Below, in pieces: positions 47,457 through 60,000 of a DNA stretch of 64,000 nt; position 1 is the stretch's first letter, and every line of letters starts with the position of its first letter. Position numbers and translations under genes: made by a program. This DNA comes from the human T2T-CHM13v2.0 reference genome, Homo sapiens. The stretch is taken from assembly GCF_009914755.1 (NCBI RefSeq), contig NC_060932.1. One strand, written 5' to 3'. The notes under the pieces are model-generated. The model worked only from the letters and a program-made list of their open reading frames with translations, was not told the DNA's origin and ran no database searches.

Positions 47457-48015
47457 TAGTAGAGATAGGGTTTTGCCATGTTATACTGGCTGGTCCTGAA
47501 CTCCTGGCCTCATACAATCCTCCTGCCTTGGCCTCTCAAAGTGCTCAGATTATAGGTATGAGCCACCACACCCGGGCCAAGGGTGCTTTTGAATGCCTCT
47601 ATTTCCCCACAAGAAACTCCTCAGCTTTTCTTCCTAGGCTTTAGATGGCCAACTGTATGGGTAACCACAGTACAAAGCCCTGGACCAGAGTAGAGTCCTG
47701 AGGGGAGAGGGCTGCCACCAGCCTGGTTGTTGAATTGGGAAGGGGTCAGGAGTATAGGGCAAATCAAAGGACGCTGGTGGCCATCATGTCATACCTCTTC
47801 GTGTCAAGTGGGGAAATCACAGTTCTGCTCAAGGTGCCAGGGGCCAGGCTAGGTTAACTTCCTTGCTGACATCCAGCCTTGGCTCCTTGAGTCAGAGTAC
47901 CCCATCACCCTCCCTACCTGTGATGACACAGATGCCTCCTAGGGGTAAGCACAGGGTTCCATGGACATCACTTCCCCAGAATAAGGGCACCAGCGGAGAA
48001 CTGTTCTTAAAGTAC

Positions 48016-48211
48016 CTGGCTGCTGATAGTGAGGGCAGATGGCTTCCAGCTCAGTGTCACTACAGCAGGGGGTACCACAGGCTGCAGATCCAGGGTGGGT
48101 CACAGCAGGAGCATCTCTCACACGGGCCTGGGCTGCAGGGGTCCAGGGGGATGGTCCTGGAACTGAGAGCTCCATCTCTGCCTCCTCACGGCGAGTTCTG
48201 AGGCTGGGCAT
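48016..48211 (-). CDS. ZNF16: ZNF16 first coding exon (exon 48016-48220): 65 codons + 1 nt, no KRAB box
   Basis: Acceptor cggttttcag|GTCCTTGTCATG; MPSLRTRREEAEMELSVPGPSPW...HYQQP; donor CAG|GTACTT at 48015, phase 1, compatible with the finger exon. Confidence 0.95.
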
Positions 48212-48519
48212 GACAAGGACCTGAAAACCGGCAAGAACACAGGTGAGTCTACAGACAGGCTAGCTCTAGGGATTCATCCTCCCATCAGGCCGGGGTCTCT
48301 TCCTCCACCCCTGCAGCCCAAGACCTGAAGAGGGCCTGGTGCTGCCAGGTCTCAGGGGCTGATGCTATGTTTCCTGATCTTGGACCTAAAAAGAGGGAGT
48401 CAGCCATGGAGACACAGACTCAAAAGCCAGGGCCACAGTACAAAGGGGCAAGATGCTGACCCTAAGGTAAAGTGGGTCATGGTGCCCAGACCTGCCATGA
48501 TAGGAGGGCAGCCCCCACA

Positions 48520-50578
48520 GGGTCTGTATCCTGCTGTGGGCCCGTGTCCTGCTGTGGGTCTGTACCCTGCTGTGGGCCTGTGTCCTGCTGTGGGGCTGTG
48601 TCCTGCTGTGGGCCCGTGTCCTGCTGTGGGCCTGTGTCCTGCTGTGGGGCCTGTACCCTGCTGTGGGCCTGTGTCCTGCTGTGGGGCTGTGTCCTGCTGT
48701 GGGCCCGTGTCCTGCTGTGGGCCTGTGTCCTGCTGTGGGGCCTGTACCCTGCTGTGGGCCATACCCTTCTGTGGGCCTGTACCCTGCTGTGGGGCTGTGT
48801 CCTGCTGTGGGCCCGTGTCCTGCTGTGGGGCCTGTGTCCTGCTGTGGGGCCTGTACCCTGCTGTGGGCCATACCCTTCTGTGGGCCTGTACCCTGCTGTG
48901 GGGCTGTGTCCTGCTGTGGGCCCGTGTCCTGCTGTGGGCCTGTGTCCTGCTGTGGGGCCTGTACCCTGCTGTGGGCCATACCCTTCTGTGGGCCTGTACC
49001 CTGCTGTGGGCCTGTGTCCTGCTGTTGGGCCTGTGTCCTGCTGTGGGGCTGTGTCCTGGTGGGCCTGTGTCCTGCTGTTGGGCCTGTGTCCTGCTGTTGG
49101 GCCTGTGTCCTGCTGTGGGCCTGTACCCTACTGTGGGCCATACCCTGCTGTGGGCCTGTGTCCTGCTGTGGGGCCTGTACCCTGCTGTGGGCCATACCCT
49201 TCTGTGGGCCTGTACCCTGCTGTGGGCCTGTGTCCTGCTGTGGGCCTGTGTCCTGCTGTGGGGCTGTGTCCTGCTGTGGGGCTGTGTCCTGCTGTTGGGC
49301 TTGTGTCCTGCTGTGGGCCTGTGTCCTGCTGTGGGCCTGTGTCCTGCTGTGGGGCTGTGTCCTGCTGTGGGGCTGTGTCCTGCTGTGGGCCTGTGTCCTG
49401 CTGTTGGGCTTGTGTCCTGCTGTTGGGCTTGTGTCCTGCTGTGGGGCCTGTGTCCTGCTGTGGGCCTGTGTCCTGCTGTGGGCCTGTGTCCTGCTGTTGG
49501 GCTTGTGTCCTGCTGTTGGGCTTGTGTCCTGCTGTGGGGCCTGTGTCCTGCTGTGGGGCCTGTACCCTGCTGTGGGCCATACCCTTCTGTGGGCCTGTAC
49601 CCTGCTGTGGGCCTGTGTCCTGCTGTGGGCCTGTGTCCTGCTGTGGGGCTGTGTCCTGCTGTGGGCCTGTATCCTGCTGTTGGGCCTGTGTCCTGCTGTT
49701 GGGCCTGTGTCCTGCTGTGGGCCTGTACCCTACTGTGGGCCATACCCTGCTGTGGGCCTGTGTCCTGCTGTGGGGCCTGTACCCTGCTGTGGGCCATACC
49801 CTTCTGTGGGCCTGTACCCTGCTGTGGGCCTGTGTCCTGCTGTGGGCCTGTATCCTGCTGTTGGGCTTGTGTCCTGCTGTTGGGCTTGTGTCCTGCTGTG
49901 GGGCCTGTGTCCTGCTGTGGGGCCTGTACCCTGCTGTGGGCCTGTACCCTGCTGCGGGCCTGTATCCTGCTGTGGGCCTGTGTCCTGTTGTGGGGCCTGT
50001 GTCCTGCTGTGGGCCTGTATCCTGCTGTTGGGCCTGTATCCTGCTGTTGGGCTTGTGTCCTGCTGTGGGGCCTGTGTCCTGCTGTGGGGCCTGTACCCTG
50101 CTGTGGGCCATACCCTTCTGTGGGCCTGTACCCTGCTGTGGGCCTGTGTCCTGCTGTGGGCCTGTGTCCTGCTGTGGGGCTGTGTCCTGCTGTGGGCCTG
50201 TATCCTGCTGTTGGGCCTGTGTCCTGCTGTTGGGCCTGTGTCCTGCTGTGGGCCTGTACCCTACTGTGGGCCATACCCTGCTGTGGGCCTGTGTCCTGCT
50301 GTGGGGCCTGTACCCTGCTGTGGGCCATACCCTTCTGTGGGCCTGTACCCTGCTGTGGGCCTGTGTCCTGCTGTGGGCCTGTATCCTGCTGTTGGGCTTG
50401 TGTCCTGCTGTTGGGCTTGTGTCCTGCTGTGGGGCCTGTGTCCTGCTGTGGGGCCTGTACCCTGCTGTGGGCCTGTACCCTGCTGCGGGCCTGTATCCTG
50501 CTGTGGGCCTGTGTCCTGTTGTGGGGCCTGTGTCCTGCTGTGGGCCTGTATCCTGCTGTGGGCCTGTATCCTGCTGTG
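48520..50578. repeat. GC-rich 18/19-bp minisatellite (~110 units) in ZNF16 intron 1
   Basis: Unit gggcctgtgtcctgctgt with variants (ggggc, tgtaccc, ccatacccttct, gttggg). Confidence 0.99.
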
Positions 50579-51944
50579 ACCACTCTTCTCACTCCTTGTT
50601 GCTGACATTCACAATGCTCTGAAGCTGGGCAGGCCAGACCCACCTAGAGTGGGAGAATAGCAGCTCCAAAGGGTGAACAGCCAGGGGCAGCCTGTGCTGC
50701 AGCCCCACATGTCATCATTATGTGTCAACGCCTACCAAATCCTAGTGGTCAGTTCTATCTGAGTTGCACCATCCTGGCAGCATCCACAGCAGGTGTTCCC
50801 ATCTTTACTTGCACCAGCTACTCCCTCCTAGCCTCTCATTCCCCATTTCATGTTGGCACCCCAGTGTGCACTTCTGCACTGCCACCAACTTCCTTGGTGA
50901 TTATGTCCAGTCTTGAGGCATCAACACCCTTGTTAAGATTCACAAACTTGGGCTCATCTCCAGTCCTAACTACTCCCTGTGAGCAGGAGAGAGGACACTC
51001 CCACGTGGCGGCATGACGGGCTCCTCACATGTTACTGATTCCCCCACCCCTCACTGTGTAAATGCACCATACCCTGCCCGGGTGCCCACTGGGAGCACTG
51101 ACATACCTCAGCCCTTCACTCACATTGTACTGACATTGACTCTTCTGTCCTTCATGAGCACCAGCTGAGAATGAGGGTGTGGTCAAGGGGATCTGCAAAG
51201 GGGATGTGAAGAAAGGTGGCAGAAGGATGGTGCAGGGAGTCAACGTGATGGTACGTGTCACCCATAGGCCATGTGGGGAAGAAAGAAGGGCTGGGTGGTG
51301 CTCCTGGACTCAGATCACCATCAAGGAGAAGGCAAGGAGATATGAACAGAGCTCACAGGGATGGTTACTATGGACCAATGATAAGGGGCCTTGGCTGCCA
51401 GATGAAGGTGAAACACCGGCCACATTTCTGTGTCAGGAGAGACAAAACTAATATCTCAAGATTAACTTGGCAGGGTGCTCAGAGGAATGGTGGGAGATGA
51501 GATTCAAAGCAGGTACAGCACTAAGGTGCCTACCACGTGGCAGCAGAAATGGAGGAGACATGGGCGATGGGGGTGACAAGGCCCTCTGTGACTGCATCTG
51601 CCTGCCCTTACAGTGCAGATGCCCAGTTTCCTCGAGGGAAACCTCTCCCCATCCAAGTGGTGATGTAATAATCTGCAATATTTATTTAGTTCATTTTATT
51701 TAAAAATACTTTAAATTCTCATTGTTTCTGAATAGGGGCATAGTCACCTCAAAATTTAAAAGGTAAAAAGGATTTATGGTGAAAAATTCCCCAAACATCC
51801 ACACAGTTTCCCTTGTTTCTAGTGTACCGTTCCAGATTAATCTAGGTTTACACAGCAAATATATAAACATATGTTTGCCTTTTAATGATAAATTACACCC
51901 AACTATGCTATGCTTCACACCTTATTTTTCTCACTTCATTATGT

Positions 51945-52280
51945 GTGGGATCTTGCTTACCAGGACACAGAATAAATGCCCCCTCTCACCCAGGTCCATA
52001 TCCTAATCCCTGGAACTTGTGCTTATGTTACACTACATACCAAAAAGGACTTTGCAAAGGGAATTAAGGTTATGGACGTGAATTACCCTGGTGGACCCAA
52101 TCTAATCAAATGAGCCCTTAAAAGCCTGAGAAAGATCTGAGGGCCACATGGAAGGACCTCGGAGAGCTAAGGATCACTCAGGCTGGCAGCCAGCACTTCT
52201 GAGGACCAACCTCAAGAAAAACAGATTCGGCCAACAGCCTGAACAAGCTTGGAAGTGGAGTCTCCTGGCTAGAGGCTAAG
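51945..52280 (+). mobile_element. MLT1-type MaLR LTR fragment
   Basis: cagaataaatgcccc...atcctaatccctggaac...ggactttgca...ggacccaatctaatcaaatgagcccttaaaagc. Confidence 0.7.
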
Positions 52281-52612
52281 CCTGCTCTTTAGGAGTCACA
52301 CAACTGGAAGAGCCAGCCACCACCCTCCCATAGCAAGCAGCCACAGGATGGGCCCTGGCCGATCCCTCAGCACCTTCCCCCTTGGGGAAGAACTGGCCCA
52401 AACTCTCCTCCCTTCCCAGAGTACCTCCTCCACACGCAGAGCGACTCCACTACTGACTGGGCCTCCCAGGCAGGACATCTGAGGCTGAGCGAAACCCCCT
52501 TTCTCCCCCAGCTCTGCTCAGTGCATCTCTGACTTCTCATGGAACACCAGGAACCACGAACCCACCCTTGTCTCCCATGCGCTGGGAACCACCCCATCGC
52601 ACTGCTGCCCCA

Positions 52613-53612
52613 TGTAGGGAAAAGAAAGAAAGATCAGACTGTTACTGTGTCTGTGTAGAAAAGGAAGACATAAGAAATTCCATTTTGACCTGTACCTTGA
52701 ACAATTGCTTTGCTGAGATGCTGTTAATTTGTAACTTTGCCCCAGCCACTTTGCCACAACTTTGAGCTCACAAAAACATGTGTTGTATGGAATCAAGGTT
52801 TAAGGGATCTAGGGCTGTGCAGGATGTGCCTTGTTAACAAAATGTTTACAAGCAGATGCTTGGTAAAAGTCATCGCCATTCTCCAGTCTCAATAAACCAG
52901 GGGCACAATGCTCTGCGATAAGCCACAGGGACTTCTGCCTTGGAAAGCCGGGTATTGTCCAAGATTTGTCCCCATGTGATAGTCTGAAATATGGCCTCAT
53001 GGGATGAGAAAGACCTGACCGTCCCCCAGCCCAACGCCCGTAAAGGGTCTGTGTTGAGGTGGATTGGTAAAAGAGAAAAGCCTCTTGCAGTTGAGATAGA
53101 GGAAGGCCACTCTCTCCTGCCTGCCCCTGGGAACTTAATGTCTCGGTATAAAACCCGATTGTACATTTGTTCAATTCTGAGACAGGAGAAAAACTGCCCT
53201 ATGGTGAGAGGTGAGACATGTTGGCAGCAATGCTGCCTTGTTATTCTTTACTCCACTGAGATGTTTGGGTGGAGAGAAACAAATCTGGCCTACGTGCCCA
53301 TCCAGGCATAGTACCTCCCCTTAAACTTAATTATGGCACAGATTCTTTTGCTCACATGCTTTTTTTTGCTGACCTTCTCCCTATTATCACCCTGCTCTCC
53401 TACTGCATTCCTCTTGCTGAGATAATGAAAATAATAATCAATAAAAACTAAGAGAACTCAGAGACCGGTGCCGGTGCAGGTCCTTAGTGTGCCGAGTGCC
53501 GGTCTCCTGGGCCCACTGTTGTTTCTCTACACTTTGTCTTATTTCTTTTCTCAGTCTCTCGTCCCACCTGATGAGATATTCCACAGGTGTGGAAGGGCAG
53601 GCCACCCCTTCA
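52613..53612 (+). mobile_element. HERV-K(HML-2) solo LTR5 (LTR5B/LTR5A-type, 1000 bp), antisense in ZNF16 intron 1
   Basis: tgtagggaaaagaaagaaagatcagactgttactgtgtc...ggcaggccaccccttca; TATAAAA ~53147, AATAAA 53440; flanks cccca / ccccg. Confidence 0.95.
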
Positions 53613-54170
53613 CCCCGTCGCTCCGCCCGAGCTCGAATGGTGGCACCGACAGGCGGGAACGCCACCAGCCTGTGGGCGGAGTCCTGGCTCGGCCCCTCGC
53701 GGCGACCTTACCCCGGGGTCTCCCCGGAGACCCCCTACCGGAGGCAGCCCCCAGAGGCTCTGACCTCCAGCCCAGGCCGAGCTGCCCCCGCCCCGCCCCC
53801 CCCGCGCTCCCACAACCCCCCGCGCGGCTCCGCCCCCGCCCGGGGTCCCCAGCTCGCTGCCCGCCCCGTCTGAGCCCTGAGAGGCCCCTGGGCCCCCCAA
53901 CCACGGGGGCATCAGGGACAACCAGACGCAGGGTCCGAGGCGTGGAGCTTCGCGGAACTAACCTCAACGGGTCGCGCTTGGAAAGGAGGCAGCACCGTGG
54001 CACGAAGACGTCTCAGCCAACGCCGGCTGACCCCCGGAAGTCCCGCCCCGAATTCCGGCCCGCCGCTCGTTCTATCTGGGGCAGCGTAGCCTCTCTAGAT
54101 GGCGGGAGGCCGGGGCGACTCTGTGGTTCAGCCCCAGACCTGGTCCCACTAGCCCTGAGGCCAGAGACCC
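53613..54170 (-). promoter_or_regulatory. ZNF16: ZNF16 CpG-island promoter
   Basis: CpG-rich; ETS motif ccggaagt (54034-54041) next to GC box cccgcccc (54042-54049); no TATA box. Confidence 0.85.
53963..54040 (-). other. ZNF16: Putative ZNF16 non-coding exon 1
   Basis: Donor GAG|GTTAGT (intron starts 53962); no ATG in the exon; TSS estimated at the ETS motif. Confidence 0.7.
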
Positions 54171-54505
54171 TTCTGTTCCCCTTTTTTTCAGAGTTGACCC
54201 GTGCACTGAACAAGGCGGCAACTGAAGAAAAGGGGACACTAATAGAAATGCAGAGATAATGAGATATACTCGTGTAGTGGGAGATTTTAATATACAGGCC
54301 CCCAGAATCGGAACAGACGGTAGTTTGATAAAAACCTAAGGATACGTTTTTTGGAAGAACTGAATCATTCAATCAGTAAGTGATTAGATAGATAAATGGA
54401 AGAATTCAGATTCCTTCAGTAGATAACATGTTTTCGTGAGATTGTGCATGGATCGTTTCTAATACGGAAATGAATTGTACACTTGGACATAAAGAATACA
54501 AATAA

Positions 54506-54812
54506 GGCTGGGTGCGGTGGCCCACGCCTGTAATTCCAGCACTTGGGAGGCCGAGGCGGGCGGATGGCTTGAGGCTAGGAGTTTGAGACCAGCCTGGGCA
54601 ATATAGGGAGACTCCATCTCTACAAAAAATACAAAAGTTAGCCAGGTGTGATGGTGTGCGCCTGTAGTCCCAGCTACTCAGGAGGCTGAGGTGGGCGGAT
54701 TGCTTGAGCCGGGGAATGTGCGGCTGCAGTGAGCCGGGATCACATGTTGCACTGATGAGAGAGTGAGACCCTGTCTCAAAAAAAAGAAACAAACAACAAC
54801 AACCAAAAAAAA
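54506..54812 (+). mobile_element. Old Alu (AluJ-like)
   Basis: Alu body with mixed A/CAA tail. Confidence 0.9.
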
Positions 54813-54947
54813 CCTCACAAATATTTTGACGTTCATTTTGCAGGCAGATTAAACTATCAAAATCAGGAATACATAATAAAAAATGCATGACAAACTCTAT
54901 TGGAATTTAAGAAACACTGTCTAGATACCCCCCCCCTTTTTTTTTTA

Positions 54948-55214
54948 GTTCAGGCTGAGGTGCTCTCAGTTGGAGATGAGGAACTTATTGGAAGCTGGAG
55001 TAAAGGTCACTCTTGCTATGCTTTAGCAAAGAGATTGGTGACATTTTGGCCCTACCCTAGAGATCTGTGGAACTTTGAGCTTGAGAGAGATGATTTAGGG
55101 CATCTGGCAGAAGAAATTTCTAAGCAGCAAAGCATTCAAGATGTGACATACCTTTTTCTGAAAGTGTACAGTCATATGCATTCACAAAGAGATGGCCTGA
55201 AATTGGAACTTATG
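54948..55214 (+). mobile_element. MaLR (MST/THE1) internal fragment
   Basis: caggctgaggtgctctcagttggagatgaggaactt...agagatctgtggaactttga...gaaatttctaagcagcaaagcattcaag, homologous to 13585-13780. Confidence 0.85.
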
Positions 55215-57080
<1,866 letters not shown>

Positions 57081-60000
57081 TTTCATGTGCATCCATGTGA
57101 AGAGACCACCAAACAGGTTTTGTGTGAGCATTATTTCACCTGGGTGCAGGTGGGCTGAGTCTGAAATGAGAGTCAGTGAAGGGAGATAGGGGTGGGGCCA
57201 TTTTATAAGATTTGGGTAGGTAAAAGAAAATTACAGTCAAAGGGGGTTGTTCTCTGGTGGGCAGGAGTGGGGGTCACAAGGTACTCAGTGGGGGAGCTTT
57301 TGAGCCAGGATGAGCCAGGAGAAGGAATTTCACAAGACAATGTCATCAGTTAAGGCAGGAACAGGCCATTTTCACTTCTTTTGTGGTGGAATCTCATCAG
57401 TTAAGGCAGGAACCAGCCATCTGGATGTGTACGTGCAGGTCACAGGGGATATGATAGCTTAGCTTGGGCTCAGAGGCCTGACATTCTGGTCTTCTTATAT
57501 TAATAAGAAAAATAAAGTGAAATAGTGGTAAAGTGTTGGGATGGTGAAAATTTTTGGGGGTGGTATAGAGAGATAATGGGTGATGTTTTTCAGGGCTGCT
57601 TTGAGCGGGATTAGGGGCAGCGTGGGAACCTAGAATGGGAGAGATTAAGCTGAAGGAAGATTTTGTGGTAAGGGATGATATTGTGGGGTTATTAGAAGAA
57701 ACATTTATCATGTAGAATTATTGGTGATGGCCTGGATATGGTTTTATATGAATTGAAAAAGTAAATGGAATAAGAGAAGGAGAAAAACAGGTATAAAAGG
57801 TCTAAGAATTGGGAGGACCCAGGACATCTAATTAGAGAGTGCCTAAGGAGATTCAGCATAGTCCTGCTAGCAAAGATTATTTATTTACTTCAAGAGTTTA
57901 GAGTGGCAGTTTGGGGATAGCGCCAGGAGATATCAGCTGTGATGGCTTGCAGAAACAGTGTAAACCAGCTGTGTAAACAAGAGGAGGGCATGTATGAGTA
58001 GTTGAGAATGGTGAATAGGAGTATGACTAGATAGAAGATAGTAGGGATGACAAGTTTTTTTTGGGGCACAGTCTAAGTTGGTCTGCTGTCTGGAATGAGA
58101 CCGGGGCCTAATAAAAAGGAGCATCTCTACAGGAGCTCAAATGGGCTGTACCTTGTAGCATTCTGAGGACAGGTCTGACTTCTGAGAAGGGAAAGTGGTA
58201 AAAGTGTTGTCCAGTCCTTTTTAAGTTGGTGGCTGAGCTTGGTGAGGTGTGTTTTTAAAAGACCTTTAGTCAGTTCTACTTTTCTTGAAGATGGAGGACC
58301 ATAAGGGATATAAAGGTTTCACTGAATACTAAGAGCCTGAAAAACTGCTTGGCTGATTTGAGTAATAAAGGCTGGTCTGTTATCAGACTGTATTGAGGTG
58401 GGAAGGCTAAACTGAGGAATTATGTCTGACAGAAGGGAAGAAATGACTGCGGTGGCCTGCTCAGACTGTGTAGGAAAGGCCTCTACCTATCCAGTGAAAC
58501 TGTCTACCTAGACTAAGAGGTATTTTAGTTATCTGACTCAGGGCATGTTGAGTAAAGCTAATTTGCCAGTCCTGGGTGGGGGCAAATCCTCAAGCTTGAT
58601 GTGTAGGGAAGGGAGGGGGCCTGAATAATCCCTGAGGAGTAGTAGAATAGCAGATGGAACACTGAGAAGTTATTTCCTTGAGGATAGATTTCCACGATGG
58701 AAAGGAAATGAGAGGTTCTAAGAGGTGGGCTAGTGGCTTGTACTATAGCATAGCCTGCCTTTGCTGGTGTGTGGTGATTAGGCCTGGTGGAACTGCCATC
58801 AATAAATCAAGTGTGATCAGGGTGAGGAACAGGAAAGAAGGAAATATGGGGAAATGGGGTGAATGTCAAGTGGATCAGAGAGATACAGTTGTAGGGGTCA
58901 GGTGTGGTATCAGGAATAATGTGGGAGGCCGGATTGAAGTCCGGGCCAGAAACAATGGTAATTGTGGGACTTAACAAAGAGTGAGTACAGCTGAAGGAGC
59001 CAGGGAGCAGAAAGTATATGCATCAGGTATGAGGAAGAAAATAGATTTTGGAAGTTATGAGAAATGTAGAGAGTGAGTTGAGCATAGTTTGTGATTTTAA
59101 GGGCCTCTAAAAGTATTCGGGTGGCAGCAGCCACTGCACAGAGACATAATGGCCAGCTTAAAACAGTAAGGTCAAGTTGTTTGGACAAAAAGGCTACAGG
59201 ACGCGATCCTGGTCCTTGTGTAAGAATTCTGACTGCACAGCCCTGCACTTCGGCTGTGTGTAATGAAAAGGGTTGGGATGAGTCAGGGAGAGCTAGAGTG
59301 GGGGCAGTCTCTAAAGCTGTCTTCAAGGAATGGAAAGAGGAGTGGGGAAAGGATTTAGGATCTATGGGGTCAGCTAGGTTTCCTTTTGTGAGTTTATAGA
59401 ATGGTCTTGTTAGGATGGCAAAACCAGGTATCCAAAGGTGAAAGTATCTAAACATGCCCAGGAAGGAAAAGAGTTGTTGTTTTGTAGAAGGGGTAGGGGT
59501 TTGAGAGATTAGTGGGACATGATCGGCAGGGAGAGCACGTGTGTTTTTATGAAGAATTATGCCAAGGTAGGTAACGGATGGAGAAGAAATTTGAGCTTTG
59601 GAGGGGGATACCTGATATCCATTGGAGAATAAATGCTGAAGGAGCAGAAGTGTGTCTTGTTGAGAAGATTCACAGGAGGGGCTACAAAGAAGAAGGTCAT
59701 CAATATATTGAATAAGGTGAGAAGTGGAGGGGTGGAAAGAAAGTAAATCGTGAGAAAGAGCTTGGCTGAAGTAATGAGGGCTGTCCCTGAAACCTTGCAG
59801 CAGCACAGCCCAGGTAAGCTGCTGGGACCGATGATGGGTGTCAGGGTCAGTCCAGGTGAAAGCAAAGAGAGGCTTGGATGAGGGGTGCAGGGGAATAGTG
59901 AAAAAAACATCTTTAAGATCAAGAATGGAATAGTGAGTTGTGGAGGAAGGTATTGAGGACAAAAGAGTGTATGGGTTGGGCACTGCAGGTGGATAGACAA

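Noticed and set aside
47939-48015. ORF continuation past HYQQP
   Set aside because: Read-through beyond the splice donor at 48015
48362-50643. 700-aa Cys-rich, keratin-associated-like ORFs in several frames
   Set aside because: All frames are open because the minisatellite unit has no stop codons; mixed 18/19-bp units do not preserve frame
53468-54372. 263-aa and other ORFs across the LTR5 end and ZNF16 island
   Set aside because: GC-driven frames with no recognisable domain
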